DNA of 64,000 nt from Nitrospirota bacterium (GCA_963845245.1 CAWJRJ010000017.1:1-64000); one strand, 5' to 3'; shown: positions 49,803-62,320, counted from the stretch's first letter. The notes: a model not told the origin generated them from the sequence alone. A program made the numbers and translations.

Positions 49803-50628
49803 AAAAGTCAAAGCCCCCATGGCCCAGCTGCCGGAGAAGAAGGTCAAGATACCGGAGGGTCTCTGGGTTAAATGCGACAACTGTAAAGAGATAATATACA
49901 AGAAGGAGATAGACCGCAACCTCAAGGTCTGCCCGAAATGCGACTACCATTTCAGGATAAGCGCCACCGAGAGGCTTGACCTTGTCGTGGACGAGGGCAG
50001 CTTCGTCGAGCTCGACCAGAGCCTGTCCCCTGTCGACTTCCTGGAGTTCAAGGACACCGTCCGCTACAAGGACAAGATAAAAAAATCTCAGACTGCTACG
50101 GGCCTGAAGGACGCGGTGATATCCGGTGAGGCGACCATATCCGGCAGGGCCGTGGAGATAGTGGTCATGGACTTCGGGTTCATGGGTGGCAGCATGGGCT
50201 CGGTCGTCGGCGAGAAGATATGCAGGGCGGCCGGCAGGGCGGAGGAAATGGGTGTACCCTTGATCATCTTCTCTTCGTCAGGCGGCGCCAGGATGCAGGA
50301 GGGTGTAGTCTCGCTCATGCAGATGGCCAAGACCTCGGCTGCTGTTGCAAGGCTATCAAAAAAAGGCGTCCCGTTCATCTCCGTGCTTACAGACCCGACC
50401 TTCGGGGGTGTCTCCGCGAGCTTTTCGAGCCTTGGCGACATAATCATCGCAGAGCCGCGCTCACTCATCGGGTTTGCCGGACCAAGGGTTATTGAGCAGA
50501 CAATCAAAAAACAGCTCCCCGAAGGCTTCCAGAGGGCGGAATTCCAGATGGAACACGGCCAGGTGGACATGATCGTCGACCGCAAGCACATGAGAGATAC
50601 CCTGGCGAAGATACTGCAGTTTTTTTAG
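49789..50628 (+). CDS. accD: Acetyl-CoA carboxylase carboxyltransferase beta
   Basis: C4 zinc finger, [20 protein letters not shown]. Confidence 0.96.
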   Translation: MVWFKKVKAPMAQLPEKKVKIPEGLWVKCDNCKEIIYKKEIDRNLKVCPKCDYHFRISATERLDLVVDEGSFVELDQSLSPVDFLEFKDTVRYKDKIKKSQTATGLKDAVISGEATISGRAVEIVVMDFGFMGGSMGSVVGEKICRAAGRAEEMGVPLIIFSSSGGARMQEGVVSLMQMAKTSAAVARLSKKGVPFISVLTDPTFGGVSASFSSLGDIIIAEPRSLIGFAGPRVIEQTIKKQLPEGFQRAEFQMEHGQVDMIVDRKHMRDTLAKILQFF

Positions 50629-50726
50629 ATACTCCCTACACCTGCCCGCCATTCCTTCCTTGACTTTTACTCCCAAAATGTGCTAAAAATCATTGTTTTA
50701 AATTAACTTAGACATAGGTTATCCAG

Positions 50727-52049
50727 ATGGGTTTCGAGGAAACCGTAAAGTATCTGTACGACCTGCAGAAGTTCGGTACGAAGCTCGGGCTTGAGAACAC
50801 TTTCGAGCTGCTGGAGCTTCTGGGGCGCCCCCATGAGAAACCGAGGTTTCTGCATGTGACGGGCACCAACGGCAAGGGCTCCGTCTCCGCAATGGCCGCG
50901 TCCGTGCTGATGGAGGCGGGCTTTAGGACGGGTCTTTATACTTCGCCGCACCTGGTCAGCTTTACCGAACGCATACAGGTGGACGGAAGGCCTGTCACGG
51001 AAGGCGATATTGTCGCGCTTGCCGACAGACTGAAAGCGTTGATAGATTCGCAGAAGCCCGGCTTGAAACCGACCTTCTTCGAGTTCACTACAGCCATGGC
51101 GTTAGACTATTTTGCGTCGGCAGGGGCTGAAATCGTGGTGCTTGAAGTCGGTATGGGCGGCAGGCTCGATTCGACCAACGTGGTTACGCCGGAATGTTCT
51201 GTTATCACGAACGTGGAACTCGAGCACAGGGAGTATCTCGGGGATTCCCTGCATGATATAGCATTCGAGAAGGCGGGCATCATAAAGCCCGGCGTGCCGC
51301 TCGTCACCTCCGAGAAAAAGCGTGACGCGCTCGACATAATCCTCGGCGTGTGCATGGATAATAATTCGCCCGCGTATGTATTGGGGAAGGATTTCGGATT
51401 TAAAAACAAGGGTGCCGTCTGGGCGGGTGGCCGTATCGTGCAATTGATGGACTACCATGGCCCCTCCCTCAGCCTTGACGATGTTGAGATTCCACTTGCC
51501 GGGCTGCACCAGCTTGAGAACGCCGCTGTTGCGGTATGCGCACTGGAACTCGTCTCAGGCAGGCAGGCAAGTATAGACGAGGGAGCCTTACGGAAAGGGA
51601 TCAGGCAGACGGTATGGGGCGGACGGCTTGAAGTTGTCTCACGCTCTCCTCTTCTTGTTCTGGATGGCGCGCATAACGCTGCATCAGTCGACCGGCTTGC
51701 CGAATCGATAAGCGGACAGTTTACGGGCAGGTACAGGCGCCTTATAGTAGTGATGGGGATTCTTTCCGACAAGGACTCCGGCTTCATGATCGAGAGGCTC
51801 GCCCCGCTGTCGGACGTGATGGTGCTTACACAGGCGGAATACGAGAGGGCTGCGCCGACTGAGACGCTCTCAGAGACTGCAAGGCGGTCCGGCGTGGAGC
51901 CGGTTGTCAGAAAAACGGTGCCGGAAGCCATCGGGTGGGCCTTGGACGAGGCATCACCGGAAGACATGGTGCTGGTTACAGGGTCGCTTTATGTCATAGG
52001 CGAGGCGAAGGCCTGGCTCGAAAAGAAAAGGCAATTCTTAAAGGCATGA
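50727..52049 (+). CDS. folC: Folylpolyglutamate synthase/dihydrofolate synthase
   Basis: GTNGKGS, YTSPHL, EVGMGGRLDSTN, LDGAHN. Confidence 0.95.
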   Translation: MGFEETVKYLYDLQKFGTKLGLENTFELLELLGRPHEKPRFLHVTGTNGKGSVSAMAASVLMEAGFRTGLYTSPHLVSFTERIQVDGRPVTEGDIVALADRLKALIDSQKPGLKPTFFEFTTAMALDYFASAGAEIVVLEVGMGGRLDSTNVVTPECSVITNVELEHREYLGDSLHDIAFEKAGIIKPGVPLVTSEKKRDALDIILGVCMDNNSPAYVLGKDFGFKNKGAVWAGGRIVQLMDYHGPSLSLDDVEIPLAGLHQLENAAVAVCALELVSGRQASIDEGALRKGIRQTVWGGRLEVVSRSPLLVLDGAHNAASVDRLAESISGQFTGRYRRLIVVMGILSDKDSGFMIERLAPLSDVMVLTQAEYERAAPTETLSETARRSGVEPVVRKTVPEAIGWALDEASPEDMVLVTGSLYVIGEAKAWLEKKRQFLKA

Positions 52050-54230
52050 ACAATTCAAGAGCTAGTTGGTCCAACATGGTGACCCTGCTTGTCGCGGCGT
52101 TGTTTTGCGTCATGCTGTTGCCTGGCGCCGGAAGGTGCGATGAAGTCAAAGAGAAGATGGGCTCCCTTGTGCATTCAAAGGAAAAGGTGACGGTCCAGGC
52201 GGATAACATTGACTATGACCGCAAGACCGGCATATACACTGCGACCGGGAACGTTAAGATAACACAGGGTCCCGCTGTCCTGACCTCGGACAAGGCAACG
52301 TTGAACGAGCAGACGGGCGATGCCGAGGCGACCGGCAAAGCACGCCTTGTAAGTGAAGACAACGTTGTTTTCGCCGACAGGATAAAGGTGAATTTCAATA
52401 CAAGCCTCGGTGTCATCGAGAAGGGAAACATATTCGTCGAGAAGGAGAACTACCACATAACCGGAAGCTCGATGCAGCGGGTCTCAGAGAACGAGTACCA
52501 GGTATACTCCGGGAACATGACGACGTGTAACGCATCCAACCCGTTCTGGAGCATCTCGGGCAGTTTTCTGGACGTAAAGATGGACGACCAGGTTACAGGC
52601 AGAAACGTGGTCATGAGGGTAAAAGGGATACCGGTACTTTACTCGCCGTACGCATGGTTCCCGCTGCTGAAACCTCGCACGTCAGGGTTTCTTATCCCTG
52701 GGGGCGGGTACAGCACGAAAGATGGCACCAAGCTTTTCCTGAGCTATTTCTGGGCGCCGCTGGACAACTTCGACACCACTCTCAGCATGGATTTCAGGAG
52801 CCTGAGGGGCGTCGGTGTTTCGGACGAAATACGGTTTGCTCTTGACAAGGATACGCTGGGAAAGTTCTACGGCTATTACATGGACGACCACAAGGTAGAC
52901 AAACTGAGGTACAACATCACCTTCAAGTATCAGGAGGTGTTTACGCCAAGCCTCTCTGGCAGGCTGGACCTGAACCTCAGCGACAGGCAGTTCTACAGGG
53001 ACCTTACCGATACGACTCTGGAGAGGACCCAGCGAAGTATCGACTCCAACGCCTTTCTGACCAACCGGTGGGACTGGGGGCGGGCATACCTTTTTTCCCA
53101 GTACACACGCAGCCTCGAAACCTTCAATAACGATTTTATCGTGCAGCGTCTGCCGGAGGCTGGGTTTTAACGTCTACAAAATATCAGGTAGCGGGGCTGC
53201 CGCTCTATCTTGACCTGGACAGCTCGGCTTCATACTTTGACAAGGTTAAGGGTGTATCAGGCGGCAGGTTTGACCTCTTCCCCAAATTGTCCGGTTACTT
53301 TAACCTTGCCGGCATAAACTTCTCACCGAAGATCGGATACCGGGAGACTGCATACTCTCTTCAAGGTAACGGAGATGCCCAATTCGACCAAGAACGCGGC
53401 CTCTTCGGGGCGGGCATTAAGGTGCAGACCGATTTCTACAGGCTTTACACATTCGGCAGTGGACCGTTCGAGGCAGTAAGGCATACGCTGGAGCCGTCCG
53501 CCGCATACAACTGGGTAGGCGACAGAGGAGGAGCCAGGTTCCCCAAGTTCGACGAGGTTGACACCTATGGACGCAGAAGCCTGCAGCGTACTCTCTTACT
53601 AACAGGTTTGTCCTCAAGTACAGGACTGTTGAAGGCAATCCGTCCAAGGTTGATTATATTACCCTCAAGTTGAGCCAGTTTTACGACGTCCATTCCGATA
53701 ACCTGGTTTCAGGGTCAAGCCGTCCTTTTTCAAACCTCTATGGAGAGATAATATACAAGGGTGGCCAGCATATAACATTGAACAACGACTTCAGGTATGA
53801 CGTTTACAGCGGAGCGTTCCTCTCGGTAAATACCGACTTGAAATATGAAGGCAATGCAGGCATGTGGCACGTCGCACTCGGCCAGAGGTTTTCTTCTGAT
53901 ACGGAGCAGATATTCATGTCGCCGTCACGTTTTGATTTCTTTACGCCGAGCACCGACTTTATATCCGACTTTATTGTCCAGAAGACGACGCCGGAAGAGC
54001 AACGGGTTAATTTCCTGACGTTCGAGGCTGGCGTAATTATAAACCAGTATTGGTCTGTAAAAGGCAAGATATGGTATGACGTACATACCGCAAACTTCAG
54101 AGAAACCGATTTCTCCGCCACTTATACGTCACAGTGCTGGGGGATAACAGCCAATTATGTCAACAGGCCGGGGGAGCGACAGGTCCTTGTCTACCTTGAC
54201 TTGAGAGGGATCGGGAACATAAGATTATGA
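52046..54230 (+). CDS. lptD: LPS assembly protein LptD (frameshifts near 53165 and 53590-53670)
   Basis: OstA-like N-terminus, TTC, RTSGFLIP, QRLPE, HTLEP, QCWG. Confidence 0.85.
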
Positions 54231-54245
54231 AGCAGGAGGGCTGAC

Positions 54246-55311
54246 ATGAAAGGGTTGATCCTTTCCGGGGGCAAGGGCACCAGGCTCAGGCCTATAACGT
54301 TTACCAGCGCCAAACAGCTTGTTCCCGTTGCCAACAAGCCGGTCCTCTTCTATGGCATAGAGTCGATCCGCGACGCGGGTATAACAGACATCGGCATAGT
54401 CGTCGGCGATACCAAAGACGAGGTAAAGGCGGCCGTCGGCGACGGCTCTGCATTCGGCGTAAAGGTAACATATATCGAACAGGAGCAGCCGCTGGGGCTT
54501 GCGCATGCCGTCCTTGTCTCCGAGGGGTTTCTTGGGACCGAGTCCTTTGTAATGTACCTCGGGGACAACCTGATACTCGGAGGGATAAAGGAGCTTGCCG
54601 CCGAGTTCGAGCAGGGACAGGCCGAATGCGCAGATACTGCTTGCGAAGGTCCCCAACCCGAACCAGTTCGGCGTGGCGGAACTTAGGGACGGCAAGGTCG
54701 TCAGGCTTGTCGAGAAGCCCGAAAAGCCCATGAGCGACCTGGCCCTCGTCGGCGTGTATATGTTCGACAAGAGCATATTCGAGGCGGTAAAGGGTATAAA
54801 GCCTTCCGCAAGGGGCGAGCTTGAGATTACCGACGCCATACAGTACCTGATAGACAAGGGCTACAAGGTCCACCCGCACATGGTAAACGGCTGGTGGAAG
54901 GACACCGGCAAGCTTGAAGACATGCTCGAGGCGAACCGCATGGTTCTCGACTCGTTTACTATGCGCATCGACGGCCATGTAGACTCAAGCTCTAAGGTGG
55001 AGTTCAAGGTGGTGGTGGAAAAGGGCGCGGAGGTCATAAACAGCGTCGTGCGCGGTCCGGCCATCATAGGGCGCGGCGCGCGAATCGTGAACTCGTTTAT
55101 AGGTCCATTTACTTCGATCGACAAAAACGTGCAGGTCCTGGGTTCAGAGATCGAGCACAGCATAATGCTTGAGGGAAGCACGATAACCGAGGTTGACAGG
55201 CGAATAGAGGACAGCCTTATCGGCCGGAACGTGGAGGTCGGCAAATCGCCTCTGAAGCCTACGGCGTACAGGTTCATGCTGGGCGATAACAGCAAGGTCG
55301 GACTTCTGTAA
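54246..55311 (+). CDS. rfbA: Glucose-1-phosphate thymidylyltransferase, long form (frameshift near 54615)
   Basis: LSGGKGTRLRP, KQLVPVANKP, EKP, ELEITD. Confidence 0.9.
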
Positions 55312-55320
55312 AAGATTTTC

Positions 55321-55378
55321 TGTAGCTGCCCCATTCATGGGGCGCTGTTAAAACCGTCCGATAAATCGGCCAGCTACA
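55321..55378. repeat. GTAG-type REP doublet
   Basis: TGTAGCTG-CCCCATTCATGGGG ... CCGATAAATCGG-CCAGCTACA inverted pair. Confidence 0.6.
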
Positions 55379-55391
55379 ATTGGAGAAAAAT

Positions 55392-55848
55392 ATGATTGAC
55401 GGCGTGAAGGTAAAACAGCTGAGGTTGATGCCGGACGAGCGCGGCAGGCTGATGGAGATACTGCGCGTCGACGACCCGGAGTTTATCACGGTTCGGCCAG
55501 GTGTACATGACCACGGCCTACCCGGGTGTGACGAAGGCCTGGCATTTTCACAAGAAACAGCACGACAACTTCTGCTGCGTGAAGGGGATGATGAAGGTCG
55601 TCCTTTACGACAGCCGCGACGGCTCGCCCACCAAAGGCGAGGTTAACGAGTTTTTCCTGGGCGACCACAAGAATATAATGGTCCAGATACCGCCTCTTGT
55701 CTACCACGGCTTCAAATGCATAAGCGAGACCGAGGCCATAATTATAAACTGCTGTACCGAGCCGTACAACCCTGCGGAGCCGGACGAATACCGCCTGCCT
55801 GCGCACGGTGGCGACATCCCGTATGACTGGTCAAGGAAGGACGGTTAA
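55392..55848 (+). CDS. rfbC: dTDP-4-dehydrorhamnose 3,5-epimerase family (frameshift near 55490)
   Basis: DERG, KAWHFH, DSRDGSPT, YHGFK. Confidence 0.85.
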
Positions 55849-55851
55849 TTG

Positions 55852-56838
55852 ATGCGAGACCCAAAGAAGGTGCTGGTTACCGGCGGTTGCGGTTTCATCG
55901 GTTCGAATTTTATTATGCACCTGCTTTCGGCTTACCCCGAGACGCACGTCGTCAACCTGGACTCGCTGACATATGCGGGTAGCCTTGAGAACCTTAGTGA
56001 AGTGGACGAGGACGCGCCTTATACATTCGTGAAGGGCGACGTCTGCGACCCTAAGGCTGTTGCGAGGGCTATGGAGGGCGTGGACGCGGTCGTGCACTTC
56101 GCGGCGGAATCCCACGTGGACAGGAGCATAGAAGGCCCGGCTGTCTTCGTGAAGACGAACGTTGTCGGGACCCAGGTGCTCCTTGACGCCGCCCTGAAGG
56201 TAAAGCCTAAGATATTCGTGCAGGTATCGACCGACGAAGTCTATGGCTCCCTCGGTGAGTCGGGCCTGTTTACCGAACAGACGCCTCTGGCCCCGAACAG
56301 CCCGTATTCCGCAAGCAAGGCGGCGGCAGACCTGCTGGCCCTGGCCTATCAACATACGTATGGGTTGCCGGTAGTTGTTACACGTTGCTCCAACAACTAC
56401 GGCCCGTACCAGTTCCCTGAAAAGCTTATCCCTCTGTTTATAAACAACGCGATGAAAGACATCCCGCTTCCGCTTTACGGCGACGGCTTGAACGTCAGGG
56501 ACTGGCTTCATGTGAGCGACCACTGCAAGGCGCTCGGGCTGGTCATGCAAAAGGGCCGTGAGGGAGAAGTCTACAACATCGGCGGGAACAACGAGAAGGC
56601 TAATATAGAGATTACACGGATAATACTTAAGAACCTGGGCAAGACCGAAAGCCTTATCGCATACGTTGAGGACAGGCTCGGCCACGACAGGCGGTACGCG
56701 ATCGATTCGAGCAAGATACAGTCTGAGCTTGGCTGGAAGCCGGAGTACGGATTTAACGAAGGGATAACCGATACGATAAACTGGTACCGCGACCACCAGG
56801 ACTGGTGCGCGGCAGTAAGCAGGAAGACAGGCAAATGA
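55852..56838 (+). CDS. rfbB: dTDP-glucose 4,6-dehydratase
   Basis: GGCGFIGSN, AAESHVDRSI, STDEVYG, PYSASK. Confidence 0.95.
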   Translation: MRDPKKVLVTGGCGFIGSNFIMHLLSAYPETHVVNLDSLTYAGSLENLSEVDEDAPYTFVKGDVCDPKAVARAMEGVDAVVHFAAESHVDRSIEGPAVFVKTNVVGTQVLLDAALKVKPKIFVQVSTDEVYGSLGESGLFTEQTPLAPNSPYSASKAAADLLALAYQHTYGLPVVVTRCSNNYGPYQFPEKLIPLFINNAMKDIPLPLYGDGLNVRDWLHVSDHCKALGLVMQKGREGEVYNIGGNNEKANIEITRIILKNLGKTESLIAYVEDRLGHDRRYAIDSSKIQSELGWKPEYGFNEGITDTINWYRDHQDWCAAVSRKTGK

Positions 56839-57680
56839 GGATAGTTGTCACGGGCGGAGCGGGGATGCTCGGAACCGACCTGCTGAAAAGGCTTGCCCAG
56901 GACCATGAGGCGAAGGGTATCGACCTCGCAGACGTGGACATACTGGACGAGCACGGCACTAGGGACATTATCGTCGGCATCAACCCTGACTGGGTGATCC
57001 ACTGTGCTGCTTTTACGAATGTAGACGGCTGCGAGAAGGAGCCCGAGAAGGCCTTCAGGGTGAATGCGGAAGGTGCGCGCAACGTCGCTAAGGCATGCTG
57101 GAGCGCGGGTGCAAGGTTGCTCTACGTCAGTACCGACTATGTGTATGACGGCAGCAAAAATGAGCCGTATGTCGAGACCGACCCCACAGGCCCGCTTAAT
57201 GTATACGGCAAATCCAAGCTCAAAGGCGAACACGAGGTATTGGGTGTCGTTCCAGATGCCCTAATCGTCCGCACATCCTGGCTCTACGGGGAGAACGGCC
57301 CCAATTTCGTGAAGGCCATACTCGGCCAGGTGGGCAAGAAGAAGGAGCTTGAGGTCGTGGCAGACCAGGTTGGGAACCCGACATATACGCCCGACCTTGC
57401 AGACGCACTTGCAAGGCTCGTCGAGAGTGGGGCAAAAGGTATATACCACGTATCGAACAGCGGAAGATGCTCGTGGTTTGAATATGCGAGGAAGGTACTT
57501 GAACTTGCAGGAGTTGCCGATATTGAAGTGAAGCCTATTACAACGACACAGCTTGGGCGTCCCGCGCTCAGGCCGGCATATTCGGTACTTTCAAACGAGA
57601 AATACAGGGCGCTGACGGGGCATGCCCTGCGTGAGTGGGATGCGGCCCTGTCTGAATACCTTAAAGATAAGAAAGCATAA
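56835..57680 (+). CDS. rfbD: dTDP-4-dehydrorhamnose reductase
   Basis: GAGMLG, STDYVYDG, YGKSK, DQVGNPT. Confidence 0.93.
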   Translation: MRIVVTGGAGMLGTDLLKRLAQDHEAKGIDLADVDILDEHGTRDIIVGINPDWVIHCAAFTNVDGCEKEPEKAFRVNAEGARNVAKACWSAGARLLYVSTDYVYDGSKNEPYVETDPTGPLNVYGKSKLKGEHEVLGVVPDALIVRTSWLYGENGPNFVKAILGQVGKKKELEVVADQVGNPTYTPDLADALARLVESGAKGIYHVSNSGRCSWFEYARKVLELAGVADIEVKPITTTQLGRPALRPAYSVLSNEKYRALTGHALREWDAALSEYLKDKKA

Positions 57681-57695
57681 AGGAGGGTTGGCGGG

Positions 57696-59000
57696 ATGAA
57701 TATATGTGTGGTTGGAAGCGGCTACGTGGGGCTGGTTACCGGCGCCTGCTTTGCCGAATTCGGGCTGAAGGTGACCTGCGTCGATAACGACGAGGGAAAG
57801 ATAAAGAACCTCAAAAAGGGCATCATCCCGATATACGAACCGGGCCTGGAGGAGATGTTAAAGAAAAACATGAAAGAGGGGCACATCTCTTTCACGACCA
57901 ACCTCACCGAGGCGGTACAGAAGGCACTTGTAATATTTATCGCGGTCGGCACACCCCCAAAAGAAGACGGCTCCGCCGACCTGTCATATGTGGAAGAGGT
58001 CGCGAAAAGCATTGCCGAGAATATGAACGGATATAAGGTGATCGTGACCAAGAGCACCGTGCCTGTCGGGACGGGCGAGAAGATACGCGCGATTATAAGC
58101 CAGAGCCAGCGAGAAAAGGGGGACTTCGATATCGTGTCCAACCCGGAGTTCCTGAGGGAGGGCTCGGCAATTGAAGACTTCCTGCACCCGAACCGGGTGG
58201 TTATCGGCGCGAACTCCGACCAGGCCATGGCCATAATGAAAGACCTCTACAGCCCGCTCTACCTGATCGAGACTCCGATAGTCCAGACGAACGTTGCCAC
58301 TGCGGAGATGATAAAATATGCGTCGAATGCGTTTCTGGCGACCAAGATATCGTTCATTAACGAGATATCTAACATATGCGAGCTTGTCGGGGCCGACGTC
58401 CACAAGGTGGCGGTCGGCATGGGGTTGGACAACAGGATAGGCTCGAAGTTCCTTCATCCCGGCCCAGGGTTCGGCGGCTCATGTTTTCCGAAGGACACGC
58501 AGGCGATAGTCCAGATCGCAAAGGAAAACGGGTATGAGTTCCAGATTGTGAAGGCGGTACTGGATGTAAACAAGGGCCAGCGGCAGAGGATGGTGGAGAA
58601 GATAAAGGATGCGATGGGCGGTGATATCAAGGGCAAGGCGATCGGTGTGCTCGGGCTTTCGTTCAAGCCAAACACCGACGACATGAGGGACGCCCCGTCT
58701 ATCGACATACTTCAGGCGCTCATGAAGGATGGCGCGTCGATCAAGGCCTTCGACCCTGTTGCAATGAACGAGGCGAAGAAGGTGCTCGGCGGAGTCGAGT
58801 TCTGCGATGGCCCGTACCCATGCGCGGAAGGTGCGGACGCCCTGGTCATAATGACCGAGTGGAACCAGTTCCGCATATTGGACCTCCAGAAGCTGAAACA
58901 CAGCATGAAGGCGCCGGTAATAATCGACCTCAGAAACGTCTACGAGCCTTCGAAGATGCGCGAAGAGGGCTTCAGTTACGCCTGCGTAGGCAGGCATTAA
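57696..59000 (+). CDS. ugd: UDP-glucose 6-dehydrogenase
   Basis: GSGYVGL, PEFLREG, GFGGSCFPKD. Confidence 0.94.
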   Translation: MNICVVGSGYVGLVTGACFAEFGLKVTCVDNDEGKIKNLKKGIIPIYEPGLEEMLKKNMKEGHISFTTNLTEAVQKALVIFIAVGTPPKEDGSADLSYVEEVAKSIAENMNGYKVIVTKSTVPVGTGEKIRAIISQSQREKGDFDIVSNPEFLREGSAIEDFLHPNRVVIGANSDQAMAIMKDLYSPLYLIETPIVQTNVATAEMIKYASNAFLATKISFINEISNICELVGADVHKVAVGMGLDNRIGSKFLHPGPGFGGSCFPKDTQAIVQIAKENGYEFQIVKAVLDVNKGQRQRMVEKIKDAMGGDIKGKAIGVLGLSFKPNTDDMRDAPSIDILQALMKDGASIKAFDPVAMNEAKKVLGGVEFCDGPYPCAEGADALVIMTEWNQFRILDLQKLKHSMKAPVIIDLRNVYEPSKMREEGFSYACVGRH

Positions 59001-59010
59001 GGGGGCTTGA

Positions 59011-59949
59011 TTGTCCAGGATACTCATCACAGGCGGCGCAGGTTTTATCGGCTCGCACCTTGCGGACCGCTTTCTGGCGGACGGCCACGAGGTGATATGC
59101 GTTGATAACCTTATCACCGGGGACGTATCGAACGTCTCGCATATCAAAAGCGAAAAGTTTTCATTCGTTAAGTACGACGTCACGAACTACCTTTTCGTGG
59201 ACGGGCCGCTCGACTACATACTGCACTTTGCCAGCCCGGCCTCTCCCATCGATTACCTGGAGCTTCCTATCCAGACGATGAAGGTCGGCTCGCTCGGTAC
59301 GCACAAGGCTCTTGGCCTTGCCAAGGCGAAGGGCGCGCGGTTCCTGCTTGCGTCCACCTCCGAGGTATACGGCGACCCGCTCGTGCACCCGCAGACCGAG
59401 GACTACTGGGGGAACGTGAACCCGATCGGCCCGCGCGGGGTGTATGACGAGGCGAAGCGGTTCTCCGAGGCCATGACCATGGCGTACCACCGCTACCACG
59501 GCGTGGAGACCCGCATAGTCAGGATATTCAACACCTACGGCCCGAGGATGCGGATACGGGACGGGCGCGCTGTCCCGAACTTCATGTGCCAGGCGTTGAA
59601 GGGCGAGGACATAACGGTGTACGGTGACGGCTCGCAGACCAGGAGCTTCTGCTACGTATCGGACGAGGTGGACGGGATAAGCAGGTTGCTGTTCTCGGAC
59701 GTCGACACTCCTGTGAACATCGGCAACCCGGCGGAGATGAGCGTGCTGCAGATGGCCGAGGCCATAGTGAAGATAAGCGGCTCGAAGAGCAGGATAATCT
59801 TCAAGCCGCTGCCCGAGGACGACCCGAAGGTGCGCCAGCCGGACATCACGAAGGCCAAGGCCCTGCTCGGCTGGGAGCCCAAGGTCGGGCTGGAGGAAGG
59901 GCTCGCGAATACGCTGGGGTATTTTAAGCAAAAGCTTGGGATATCCTGA
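59011..59949 (+). CDS. UDP-glucuronate decarboxylase (UXS-like SDR)
   Basis: [31 protein letters not shown]. Confidence 0.9.
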   Translation: MSRILITGGAGFIGSHLADRFLADGHEVICVDNLITGDVSNVSHIKSEKFSFVKYDVTNYLFVDGPLDYILHFASPASPIDYLELPIQTMKVGSLGTHKALGLAKAKGARFLLASTSEVYGDPLVHPQTEDYWGNVNPIGPRGVYDEAKRFSEAMTMAYHRYHGVETRIVRIFNTYGPRMRIRDGRAVPNFMCQALKGEDITVYGDGSQTRSFCYVSDEVDGISRLLFSDVDTPVNIGNPAEMSVLQMAEAIVKISGSKSRIIFKPLPEDDPKVRQPDITKAKALLGWEPKVGLEEGLANTLGYFKQKLGIS

Positions 59950-59959
59950 GGGAGGAAGC

Positions 59960-60562
59960 ATGCGGAAGCTTATTATACTGCCGGTAGTGTTCCTGATGTT
60001 GCTTCTGACGTCTGGTCTGTCACGGGCGGACGAGATAAACGCGAAGGAGATACTCCAGAAGAACAGGTACGAGCTTGGCTTTCTTTCAGGCTACGGCTGG
60101 GCGATGGACAACCTGCCGCAGGAGCCGAACATACAGCACGCGGTAGTGCTGCCCGCGCTTTCCATCACGCTTTCCGGGATAGAAAGAGGTAGTTCGTTCT
60201 ACAGGGGTATCATACAGTACCAGCTTGAGCCGGTGATAGGCATGATAACTGAGCCGAACCAGCGGATGGAGTTTGGCCTGTCTGCAGTTGGTTTCAAGTA
60301 CAACTTCACCGCCCTTGAGAACAGGTGGCTGCCATATTCGAGCTTCGGGTTCGGCACGATATACGAGCCAATCGGCCACCACGTGCAGGGCACCAACTTC
60401 AACTTCATACTTCAGACCGGGCTGGGCGTCGAATATTTCCTGGACGAGAAGCACGCCATCAACTTCCAGTACCGCTACCGCCATATCTCGAACGCCTGCA
60501 TAAAGCTGCCCAACTCAAGCATCAACTCCAGCTTCGTGCTGGTCGGTCTGTCGTTCTTTTAA
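59960..60562 (+). CDS. pagL: Lipid A 3-O-deacylase PagL-like beta-barrel
   Basis: Signal peptide; NFNF, RHISNA, C-terminal Phe. Confidence 0.75.
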   Translation: MRKLIILPVVFLMLLLTSGLSRADEINAKEILQKNRYELGFLSGYGWAMDNLPQEPNIQHAVVLPALSITLSGIERGSSFYRGIIQYQLEPVIGMITEPNQRMEFGLSAVGFKYNFTALENRWLPYSSFGFGTIYEPIGHHVQGTNFNFILQTGLGVEYFLDEKHAINFQYRYRHISNACIKLPNSSINSSFVLVGLSFF

Positions 60563-60575
60563 GATATTTGTTTTT

Positions 60576-61334
60576 CTAGAGCAAGGAGCTGACGGCGCAG
60601 CCTATCGCGCCGTTGAAGGCAGGGTCGGGCAGGACCGTCACGTCTCGCTTTGCATGTAGCCTCAAAAGGCTGGCCACCGCGCCGTTCCGTGCGACACCGC
60701 CGGAGAAGAGTACAGGGCCGCCCTTGAAGCGGTTCAGCATCGGCAGGACGCGCTTCACTATCGTCAGGTTCACCCCGGCCGCAAGTTCCTCGGGCGGGAC
60801 TCCCTCCGCTATCTTCTGTATTATCTCGCTTTCCCCGAATATTGCGCAGGTGGCCGAGAGCTTCACCGGGTTCTCAGAGTAACGCGATATCTCATTCAGG
60901 GACATGTTAAGTATCGCGGCCATGTTCTCGATGTATCGCCCGGATGAGGCGGCGCATTTGTCGTTCATGGCGAAGTCCTCGATCATTCCGCTACTCACCT
61001 TTATCACCTTAGTGTCCTGGCCGCCGATGTCGAGCAGTGTGAAATCCTTCATCCCCGTCTGCTTAACTGCGCCCAACATATGGGCCTTCACCTCGGGGAT
61101 GACGTCGGCGCCCTTCACCCGCACCGTGTTGCGGCCATAGCCGGTGACTGTCAGGCGGCCAGCCTCGGGAGTTATACCCAGCCTGTCGAACGCCACGGAC
61201 AGCTCACCGCCGTCCATCCTGCCGTATTCGCGGTAGAAATCCACTGTGCTGAATGAGTGCTTCTCGGTTACCGACTGTCCGTCGTGCCTGACAAACTTGA
61301 CTGTACGGCTCCCAAGGTCTATGCCTAAGTACAT
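60576..61334 (-). CDS. 2-hydroxyacyl-CoA dehydratase activator (BcrAD/BadFG ATPase)
   Basis: GIDLGS, TGYGR, DIGGQDTK, NDKCAA, TCAIFGESE. Confidence 0.9.
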   Translation of the reverse strand: MYLGIDLGSRTVKFVRHDGQSVTEKHSFSTVDFYREYGRMDGGELSVAFDRLGITPEAGRLTVTGYGRNTVRVKGADVIPEVKAHMLGAVKQTGMKDFTLLDIGGQDTKVIKVSSGMIEDFAMNDKCAASSGRYIENMAAILNMSLNEISRYSENPVKLSATCAIFGESEIIQKIAEGVPPEELAAGVNLTIVKRVLPMLNRFKGGPVLFSGGVARNGAVASLLRLHAKRDVTVLPDPAFNGAIGCAVSSLL

Positions 61335-62320
61335 TATTTCCTGTCCTTGATCATCTGAAGGAAGCCCTCGATGCGTATCCGGGTGCGCGCGTCCACCGGG
61401 CCGGGCCTGTCGCCCTCGATGGTCAGTATGGGCAGTTTCAATTCGCGCCTGATTAACAAATCCTCTATCTGTCGGAAACAGAAGCTCTGGCAGTAGTGTA
61501 TTATGCCGTCGAGTTTGCGCATCTCCGCCTGTGCCTTGATGTCCGCGATCCTGCCGAATATGTCGTACGGGTAGGTGTACTGGGCGTACTGGGCGTAGAT
61601 GTCTGCCGCGGCTCCCCGGCATGGCGAACTGCCTCTGCACCTCGTTGAATACTACTGATGCTCCGCTGTTCTCCATAACTTCGTAGAAGTCTGTGAATAT
61701 GGGCGGGACTCCGATGTAGCCGATGCGCAGGCCCCCGGTAATAGGCAGTCTTGTCTCGGCCTCAGCAAGGAACACGTCAAGCCTTTGTTCGAACAGCTCC
61801 GGGTCACCCTCGAAGTCGCTCGATGAGACCAGCCAGCGGTGGTTGTCGAGACCCGCTAACGCGGCCTTCGAGCCAGGTCATCTCGTCAAGTCTCGCGAGC
61901 TTTGCGCGTATGGGCTTAAGCCGGTCGAACCATTTCTCGACCTCCTGCTCGCTCGTGCCCAGGGCGTCCATGAGTTTATGTATCTGGACCATGAGGAAGT
62001 CTTCGTCTCTGTCGTAGGGGAACGCGAAGGGGATAGTCTGCAGGCCTTCCGACTGCCACAGCTCCATCAGCGCGTGCGTGTTGCTGCAGTCGCCCTGAGT
62101 GACGGCGACAATCCCGACGACGCCCGACTGCCGCGCGGCGATGTACAGGCCCTTTGATCCAGCCGCAGGTGGTGCGCGGAAGGCCCTCTTCTTCCGCCTC
62201 GTCAACCATCTGGGACGGGTCGGTGCTGCCGATGAAGATGTTGTTCAGGTCCACCGGCTGATAACCCGCCGCAAGCACGACCTCGACCGGTATGGTTGTC
62301 GTAAATCCTATTTTTTCCAT
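61334..62320 (-). CDS. 2-hydroxyacyl-CoA dehydratase family protein (multiple frameshifts)
   Basis: GFTTTIPVE, TCGWIKG, GDCSNT, GVPP, QSFCFR, RIEGF across frames. Confidence 0.8.
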